From positions 160,626 to 175,117 of the IMG/VR virus record IMGVR_UViG_3300037156_000269: a DNA stretch of 14,492 nt; one strand, 5' to 3'. Below, one piece after another: positions 1 through 5,902 of this stretch. This DNA is from a virus (Duplodnaviria > Heunggongvirae > Uroviricota > Caudoviricetes). The notes beneath the pieces were generated by a model. The model searched no databases. It saw only the letters and a list, made by a program, of their open reading frames with translations, and was not told the origin of the DNA. Numbering within the stretch: position 1 is the stretch's first letter; the number at the start of each line of letters is the position of its first letter. The position numbers were made by a program, and so were the translations under genes.

Positions 1-198
1 TATTTTTAAGTAGGACAGTGCGGTTTGGATGCCTTCGGGAGTTTTGAAGTAAGCGCTGGCGAGTCTGCCTAGAAATAACACATCTTGCTGAGAAAGGTTC
101 ATTCCCGCCCGGATTACGCCTTCCTGCCACAGGAAGTTACAGAACCTTGGCGAAGCCTCAGGAAGATCCTTTTCCATCTGTTGTCTTTTGTACGTCAC
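1..198 (-). CDS. Hypothetical protein, partial (runs off the left edge; absent from the ORF track)
   Basis: GTG at 198-196 lies 6 nt after AGGAG (209-205, - strand). The frame is open to position 1: MTYKRQQMEKDLPEASPRFCNFLWQEGVIRAGMNLSQQDVLFLGRLASAYFKTPEGIQTALSYLKI. An alternative ATG is at 177. It overlaps the 3' end of the zinc-ribbon gene. Confidence 0.6.
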   Translation of the reverse strand, partial: MTYKRQQMEKDLPEASPRFCNFLWQEGVIRAGMNLSQQDVLFLGRLASAYFKTPEGIQTALSYLKI

Positions 199-604
199 CT
201 GTGTCTCCTTCTTTAATGAACAGAGAGGGAACGTGTTTACCGCCCGCCTCCAGATACTCATGATACTTGGTCGCAATGTCGCCAATTCTAATGGCCATTG
301 TTATCAAGTTCCTTATATCCGAAGTTTTGACGTTTTTGGCTGCGATTGTCTCTATGATATTGAGGGCATCGTTCATCATGAAATTGGCTTTTACGATGGG
401 CATTCCGATGACGGCGTCGTGGTGAGCTGCTTTAGTCAGCATACGCTCGAGCTGCTCACGCAGCGTTACTGGGTATTTATACTCGTTGATGGCTTCGCCA
501 AAGTCGTACCCGCACTTAGGGTTAGGGCACTTGTCCGGCCGCTTGCTTGAGATGAGTGGCTCGCTGCAGTGTGGGCACTCGTAGGTGTTTAAAATCCTGG
601 CCAT
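158..604 (-). CDS. Zinc-ribbon protein (CPHC-x12-CPNPKC), unknown function, 148 aa
   Basis: ATG at 604-602 has GGAG (614-611) 6 nt upstream, which is a better start than the TTG at 616 used by the track. Two Cys pairs are N-terminal, followed by a predicted helical region. Confidence 0.75.
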   Translation of the reverse strand: MARILNTYECPHCSEPLISSKRPDKCPNPKCGYDFGEAINEYKYPVTLREQLERMLTKAAHHDAVIGMPIVKANFMMNDALNIIETIAAKNVKTSDIRNLITMAIRIGDIATKYHEYLEAGGKHVPSLFIKEGDTGDVQKTTDGKGSS

Positions 605-621
605 GTAAATCTCCAAATGAG

Positions 622-650
622 TTGCTTGATCGGAAAATATTGCCTATCAT
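622..650 (+). promoter_or_regulatory. sigma70-like promoter for the chaperone/tail operon
   Basis: TTGCTT (622-627), 17 nt spacer, TATCAT (645-650). An alternative pair is TTGATC (626-631), 18 nt, TATACT (650-655). The SD GGAGGAG (662-668) and ATG 675 follow. Confidence 0.55.
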
Positions 651-674
651 ATACTTTTTCCGGAGGAGACTCAA
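646..674 (-). promoter_or_regulatory. sigma70-like promoter for the leftward genes
   Basis: On the - strand: TTGAGT (674-669), 17 nt spacer, TATGAT (651-646). Its -10 overlaps the + strand -10. Confidence 0.5.
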
Positions 675-1355
675 ATGGAACCATCGACAGGATTCAGAGC
701 TAAGGGAAGTTTTGGCGTTCCGCAAGAGATGCAAAAGGACCTAGAAGACGCGCGCCGTAAAGCGGCGAACAAAGGCGCACCTCCGGAAGCGTCTTCAATG
801 CAGCCTCATGCGGCTAACCGCCCACCAATGTCTTCAGATGTGCCTGCTGCTCCACAGGCCCCAGGCCAGCCGGCAGCTCCTCCGACCGCCGAAGAAACAG
901 CAGAGGCTGTTCAAGAAGCTAAATTCAAAGAGCTCAAAGAAAGCATTGAGAAGAGGCTTGAGACCACGATCACTCCTGAGGACATCAAAGATTACATATT
1001 CAAAGGGTCTCTCACTAAAACAGTCTCTGTTATCCCTGGTGTTTTTAAATGTGCGTTTAAGACTTTGACACCCACCGAGTACTTCGAGATTGACACGCGC
1101 GAGGCCGCCTTTCGTGATGAGGGGAAATACACTCTTGACGGAATTATGAACCAGCGCGCAATTGTGACTCTTTCTTATGCGTGGATTGCCGCAGATGGTA
1201 AGCCACTTTCGGCCAAGAATGACCCGGCACTCAGAGAAAAGAACATTCGCGTTCTTGGATCTCACGTGGTCGAGTTCGCGGTCAGCGCTAACCAGGACTT
1301 CAACACCCTGCTTAAACTTGTTCTTCAGGAAAAAGCTTTCATAAAAAAGTCCTAG
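675..1355 (+). CDS. Tail assembly chaperone (lambda gpG-like role), 226 aa
   Basis: Strong SD. It lies directly upstream of the tape measure gene and ends in a slippery A_AAA_AAG just before TAG. It has a Pro/Ala-rich N-terminal extension followed by an alpha/beta core (FKTLTPTEYFEID...LSYAWIAADG). The call rests on gene position and the frameshift, not on a homology search. Confidence 0.7.
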   Translation: MEPSTGFRAKGSFGVPQEMQKDLEDARRKAANKGAPPEASSMQPHAANRPPMSSDVPAAPQAPGQPAAPPTAEETAEAVQEAKFKELKESIEKRLETTITPEDIKDYIFKGSLTKTVSVIPGVFKCAFKTLTPTEYFEIDTREAAFRDEGKYTLDGIMNQRAIVTLSYAWIAADGKPLSAKNDPALREKNIRVLGSHVVEFAVSANQDFNTLLKLVLQEKAFIKKS

Positions 1356-1723
1356 ACTCTTCCGATGTTTCACTATGGCTGGACCTGAGGCTTCACGGAC
1401 TTGAGCCGGAGAAGCTCAGGCCCGACGAGAAGAGTCTCCTGACAAGCCACTTAGCTAGACAGCACGAGATGCGCTACGTGGAGGTTCTTCTTATTGTGAA
1501 GGCCATTGTTGCCGCGGCAACCGCGATCGGCGGCAAAGATCCTGGTACAGGCCTTCAAGAAATATTCAAAGAGTACACAGATATGATTTACCCAGACCGA
1601 GCGCATAAGCTTGAAGATAAGGCTTTGCGCACGAAGAAAATCCTTGAGAGAGAGTTTGCGAAGGGTGCTATGAAAGTTGAAGCGCAGAACTACGACAAAA
1701 AACCGAGGAAGAAACGAAGGTAA
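675..1723 (+). CDS. Frameshifted chaperone (gpGT-like), about 349 aa: 225 aa of G plus 124 aa in the -1 frame (includes track ORF 1469-1723)
   Basis: The -1 frame from 1349 reads VLDSSDVSLWLDLRLHGLEPEKLRPDEKSLLTSHLARQHE and continues into MRYVEVLL...KKPRKKRR. ATG 1469 has no convincing SD. Confidence 0.7.
1343..1349 (+). other. Programmed -1 ribosomal frameshift site A_AAA_AAG
   Basis: The heptamer is in register with codons K224-K225 of the 675 ORF (AAA 1344-46, AAG 1347-49), one codon before TAG 1353-55. The -1 frame has no stop between TAA 1313-15 and TAA 1721-23. Confidence 0.75.
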
Positions 1724-1724
1724 G

Positions 1725-1752
1725 TTTACCTCTCGGCATTTTGTGGTAAAAT
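1725..1752 (+). promoter_or_regulatory. Extended -10 promoter candidate upstream of the tape measure gene
   Basis: TG-G-TAAAAT (1744-1752) with a weak -35 TTTACC (1725-1730, 16 nt spacer) in a 62 nt intergenic gap. TTTACC and GGTAAA (1745-1750) are also inverted repeats. Confidence 0.45.
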
Positions 1753-1785
1753 GGGGCTCAGCTATCCAAAACGGGGTATCGCGGT

Positions 1786-4713
1786 ATGGCCTTTGATCAA
1801 AATGTGACGTATCGCGTCAACGTAGACGATACAAATTTTCAAAGTAAATTGACGCAAATGCGCGCGTCAATGGATGCGAGTCTGGGCGGCGGCGGCTCCG
1901 GCGGCTTCAGTCAGCCGATGATGTACGGTATGATGAACACTATGTCCGGCTCCGGCGGCGGCATGGGCTCCGGCATGGCCGACTTCGGATCCCAGATTCG
2001 CCCCGTGTCATACACACCCCCGGCAATTAGTTTTCAGCCGCATTTTGGGATGTTCCAGGTCCAACAATCTCTCGCGCAAGCGGGTCTTGGTGCTATGGGC
2101 CCAATGGGGGCGGCAGCTGGTGGAATGATTACGAACTTCCGTAATGGAGGATTTGGTGGTCTGATTAACGGCCCCAATGCAATACCGAACAATATGACGA
2201 CAGCTGATTATATGGCGATGTCGGCTCGTGGGTTTGGCGATCGTATGGGAGACGCCGCAAGCATAGCCGTGACTACGGCTCTTAGCACGACGGCAGGTCT
2301 TATAACAGGCGGTATTGGCGCGGCCGTTGGCGGCGGGATGTTCACCGGCGCGATTATGAAAACTGTCGGCGGCCTTGTCGGCGGTATGGCTGGCGCTACG
2401 GCTGTGAGCGCCTTCACAGGCGAAGTGACGGATATGATGGCGGATAACCGTCAGATGCAGTCGGCACTGGCTGCGGGCTCTTTCCGTTTTTTTACTGGGG
2501 GCGGCGACGGCGACGTGGACAAACTTACTGGCCGCGGCATGGGTCGCAGAGCGCGCGCTGGCGTAGCGACTGCGATTCAGGGCATGGAGCAGCAGGATCT
2601 TCGATATGGAATGGATGAGTACAAGAGCATTCTCGAAGGCGGGATGCAGTTCGATTTGTTCTCAGGCACTCACGACACTGAAGATTTTAAAACTAAGTTC
2701 AAGGGACTTGTCGAGACATTAAAAACAGTTACAGCGACAATGCACACGTCTCTCAAAGAAGGTTTGGAAGTTATTCGTGGGTTTCGCGACATGGGCGTGA
2801 CAGACCCGTCTGAGGTTTCGAGACTTACTCTCGGGTCTGAGGTGCGTGGGCGCGCGAGCGGCCGTACGGGTATGGAGATGATGGCGATCGGTCAGGCTGG
2901 TGCTGAGATGTTCCGCGGAACTGGCATCAATATGGAGCGTGGTTTTGAGCTCAACCAAATGAACACGGTTGGAATCAGAAGCATGCTTAATGAGGGGCTG
3001 CTATCGCGCGAAACCATCGGTCAAGCTGGTGGGGAGAACTCTCTTGCTCAACAAATGACGGCGAGTGCGCTCTCGAGCTTCCAGACAGCCCAAGGACGTG
3101 CTGCGATGATGGCGAACTATAATCAGAGTACGAACTCGATGAGTCCGAACCTGATGAGCAATCTGGCGCGTGGTGATTTGATGGGTCAAGTTGCAGGTGC
3201 GGCGGGCAAGGGGCCGGGAGCTCTTCTATCCTTCCAGGCCAATCAAGAAGATTTGATTAGTAAAATGTCTCCTGAACAGATGCAGCTCTTTGGCTTAAGT
3301 CTGGATGTTGGTGTTGCGAAAACACTGCGCCAAGCGATTCCTGGTCTTAATATGGAAGACGCGATCAAGGTCGCTGGGCAACAGGCTGGAAAAAGTAAAC
3401 AGGTCATCGATACGCAACTTGCGATGCTTCACCAAGATCCTGAGAAAATGAAAGCGAATCAGGAGGCGGCTGTTGAGCAGGTTAAAATGCAGGCTGGCCT
3501 TGAGGACGTGCGCAACCGCTACAACGTCGGCAAGTACGTCAGCAATACGCTTAGAAGTACGTTTGTAGCCCCATTCTCAAGAGCTGGGACGGCGATAAGC
3601 ACTGGGGTAGGAGAGGCTGTTGAAAACATAGCTCTCGACTTAAGCGGCATAGCGCGCGTCGACACAAACTATGTAAATAAGAAATCTATAGCAGCAGCGG
3701 GAACAGGTGATTCCACTAGCGGTGTTGTCATTGATGTCACTGGTGGGTCCTTCGCCCAGAGACACTGGGGACAAACGGGACAGGCTGGCATAGACAGAGC
3801 CTCGGAAGAAGGCTTTGGTCACCGTTTTAAAGATATGAACGAAGCCACGGAGTACGCAAAAACCCACGGTAATATGCAGATAGGTAAGGACTCAAAAGGC
3901 AACGTCATAGGCGTTACCGCTGATGAAAATAAAGCCCAGATCGACAAAGCGCGCTCCTGGCAGTCAACACAGGACGACAAAGATAAGGCGTCGAAAGCAG
4001 ACTTAAGCGAAGAGATCGGCGCGAAAATATTGGGACACGATTACACGGCAAAGGAATTCCTTCGAATGACCGGCGGAGTCTCCATGAAGGATATGGAAAG
4101 GGCCGACGACAAAAATTTTAACTTTGAGAAAAAGTACAAACATTCTCGTGGTTATTTTACCGCTCTTGCGGGTCGCTACGCCGATACCGTCGGCACAACT
4201 GACACGACAAAAAAGAATTTAAATCGCCTGAGTAACGCATCAGACTTTACCGATATGGACGCAGCTCAAGCTGCCGCGGCATCTAAGAACATTGAGGGAG
4301 ACACCGCAGCCTTGGCCAAATCGATGGGCGTGGGTGGCTCGAGATATCTACTCAGTCACCCAGAAGCTCTGATGACATTGGCCGACCCATCTATCTCCGA
4401 CGATGTTAAACGACTTCGCTTAAATAAAAGCTCCGGCCAAGAAATGGGCGGACTCATTGAAGTCGCAAGCAAGCATCGCGGAAAAGACCTAGACGATAAG
4501 CTTGAGATAGTCAAAAACGACATTAGACTTACAGCTCAGGCGCAGGCGGCTAGCGGCACTGGTGGCACAGGCTCAGCCATCATAGGCGACTTATCAAAAG
4601 AAACCGTGAAGCTACTTGAGACACAGTCGACTCAGCTTCTCGCGAACTACAAAGCGCTGATTGCACTTCAAGAGCAGTTAAGTAAAGCAATGGCTACAGG
4701 AGGGAAGAGGTAA
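1786..4713 (+). CDS. Phage tail tape measure protein, 975 aa
   Basis: Long Ala/Gly/Met/Gln-rich, predicted helical protein. The N-terminus (YRVNVDDTNFQSKLTQM) is TMP-like and there is a hydrophobic GxxxG-rich stretch (AASIAVTTAL...GGMAGATAVSAF). It lies between the G/GT chaperone and the baseplate genes. Confidence 0.85.
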   Translation: MAFDQNVTYRVNVDDTNFQSKLTQMRASMDASLGGGGSGGFSQPMMYGMMNTMSGSGGGMGSGMADFGSQIRPVSYTPPAISFQPHFGMFQVQQSLAQAGLGAMGPMGAAAGGMITNFRNGGFGGLINGPNAIPNNMTTADYMAMSARGFGDRMGDAASIAVTTALSTTAGLITGGIGAAVGGGMFTGAIMKTVGGLVGGMAGATAVSAFTGEVTDMMADNRQMQSALAAGSFRFFTGGGDGDVDKLTGRGMGRRARAGVATAIQGMEQQDLRYGMDEYKSILEGGMQFDLFSGTHDTEDFKTKFKGLVETLKTVTATMHTSLKEGLEVIRGFRDMGVTDPSEVSRLTLGSEVRGRASGRTGMEMMAIGQAGAEMFRGTGINMERGFELNQMNTVGIRSMLNEGLLSRETIGQAGGENSLAQQMTASALSSFQTAQGRAAMMANYNQSTNSMSPNLMSNLARGDLMGQVAGAAGKGPGALLSFQANQEDLISKMSPEQMQLFGLSLDVGVAKTLRQAIPGLNMEDAIKVAGQQAGKSKQVIDTQLAMLHQDPEKMKANQEAAVEQVKMQAGLEDVRNRYNVGKYVSNTLRSTFVAPFSRAGTAISTGVGEAVENIALDLSGIARVDTNYVNKKSIAAAGTGDSTSGVVIDVTGGSFAQRHWGQTGQAGIDRASEEGFGHRFKDMNEATEYAKTHGNMQIGKDSKGNVIGVTADENKAQIDKARSWQSTQDDKDKASKADLSEEIGAKILGHDYTAKEFLRMTGGVSMKDMERADDKNFNFEKKYKHSRGYFTALAGRYADTVGTTDTTKKNLNRLSNASDFTDMDAAQAAAASKNIEGDTAALAKSMGVGGSRYLLSHPEALMTLADPSISDDVKRLRLNKSSGQEMGGLIEVASKHRGKDLDDKLEIVKNDIRLTAQAQAASGTGGTGSAIIGDLSKETVKLLETQSTQLLANYKALIALQEQLSKAMATGGKR

Positions 4714-4946
4714 TGGCAGTCACTCAAGTCATCCAGTCAACAAAAATGGTGGATACAGCTATAGGCGCTATGTCGGTCACAACATCTCTTGTCACTGGTG
4801 CCGACATCGACGACTTAGTCACATCTACCGTGGTGAGCATTGCTACTTACTACCAGATGTACAATAAAGCTTCGACGGCCAATCCTAAGTTCACTCAAAA
4901 CCGAAGAAAAGTGAGTATCGGCGGAGTGACCGTGGGGGGCTACTAA
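4713..4946 (+). CDS. Hypothetical virion-module protein, 77 aa
   Basis: TAATG overlap with the TMP stop, GGAAGAGG upstream, and it fills the gap to the next gene. No motif recognised. Confidence 0.75.
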   Translation: MAVTQVIQSTKMVDTAIGAMSVTTSLVTGADIDDLVTSTVVSIATYYQMYNKASTANPKFTQNRRKVSIGGVTVGGY

Positions 4947-4948
4947 TT

Positions 4949-5902
4949 ATGGGTTTTGCTCCCGGTCAGTACAAGTCAGTGGGGTCTGATGACACAATCC
5001 CACCAGAGGTTCAGAAACAGTTCCAGGCTATTGATCAAAATACCGGAACCAAACAGACCGTAGCCATGGTTCAAACTGTCGTGGCTCCCGTGACAGGACA
5101 GCCTAACGACACGCCGGACGACTCGCCTGACGGCGGAACATTTGATATTGACGGCTATCGAAATGGAAATCCAGACGACGCCACGTCAGAGGGCTTCAAT
5201 GCACGTACTCTTGCGGACGACGACGATCCGAACGATGACGGAACCGCTTCGTCTATGACTCTTCGTGCATTTGGCGACGTCACAGATGGGTTCACCACCA
5301 CGGATTTTATCAGCGCCTATTCGAGATTTTTTCTTCAAAGTGTCTCTGAGCCAGAACAAGAAAAGTATCAGGTGGTCGAGACTTTCACGGCTTACTACGC
5401 GTTTTTCTTTGGTAAGCGGCCGCCAATCTACCGCTACACTGGGCTTCTGCTATCCGACAAAAACTACCGGTGGAATAACGACTTTAAATTTGTATACGAG
5501 AACTTCTTTCGCGGCACAAGTGCTGTTGAACTTTCAGCCGAAGTTGTCATGCTCTACGGCGGACGTATGGTGATAGGATTCCCCATAAGCCTCGTGATGG
5601 ATACAGAAGCTGCGAATCCTAAAGGGACGCCGTTCGCAATGGATCTTTTGGTTGTAGAGCACACGCCAATTAGCTTTAGCATCGACATCGCAGGGCTCTT
5701 ACAGTCCAAGCAGAAAGAGCTGGCTAGCCTCAGAAACTCGATTCTAGCCACGCAACAAACTCTGGCGGCCGGAGCCGGTCCTGCCGTGACCGCAGCTGAT
5801 GGCGCAACCAACGGACTCACTCCTCCGAGCTCATTCTCATCTCTTGGGTCTTCTGCTATTTCTGGGAACCTCGGTGTGAGCCAGCTCTCGGTGCTTTCAT
5901 GA
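4949..5902 (+). CDS. Putative tail tube initiator / baseplate hub-associated protein (tube-fold, T4 gp48/gp54-like role), 317 aa
   Basis: The core beta-rich segment QSVSEPEQEKYQVVETF...FFGKRPPIYRYTGLLL...PFAMDLLVVEH resembles tube-fold proteins found between TMP and hub. It has an Asp-rich N-terminal linker and a short C-terminal coiled coil. The assignment relies mainly on position. Confidence 0.5.
   Translation: MGFAPGQYKSVGSDDTIPPEVQKQFQAIDQNTGTKQTVAMVQTVVAPVTGQPNDTPDDSPDGGTFDIDGYRNGNPDDATSEGFNARTLADDDDPNDDGTASSMTLRAFGDVTDGFTTTDFISAYSRFFLQSVSEPEQEKYQVVETFTAYYAFFFGKRPPIYRYTGLLLSDKNYRWNNDFKFVYENFFRGTSAVELSAEVVMLYGGRMVIGFPISLVMDTEAANPKGTPFAMDLLVVEHTPISFSIDIAGLLQSKQKELASLRNSILATQQTLAAGAGPAVTAADGATNGLTPPSSFSSLGSSAISGNLGVSQLSVLS

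Noticed and set aside
188-1373. Overlapping track ORFs 188-550 (+), 522-734 (-), 556-744 (+), 808-1068 (+), 834-1373 (-)
   Set aside because: They are shadow frames of better-supported genes, without clear SDs or recognisable motifs.
1353-1388. TAG readthrough or an alternative genetic code (stop recoding) extending the chaperone
   Set aside because: The zero frame meets TGA ten codons after the TAG, and all long ORFs are intact under the standard code. The -1 frameshift explains the downstream coding region better.
1384-1420. Hairpin CCTGAG(G)CTTC / GAAGCTCAGG as the frameshift stimulator or as a terminator
   Set aside because: The 10 bp stem is real but begins 34 nt after the heptamer, far beyond the usual 5-9 nt spacing, and has no U tract. 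A role in a larger fold cannot be judged without RNA folding software.
1469-1723. Independent 84 aa gene starting at ATG 1469
   Set aside because: There is no convincing SD, and the frame is open for about 150 nt upstream through the slippery site. It is treated as the C-terminal part of the frameshift product.
1885-1980. GGC/TCC microrepeats as a CRISPR, VNTR or regulatory repeat
   Set aside because: They are short, imperfect and in frame, and simply encode Gly/Ser/Met runs of the TMP.
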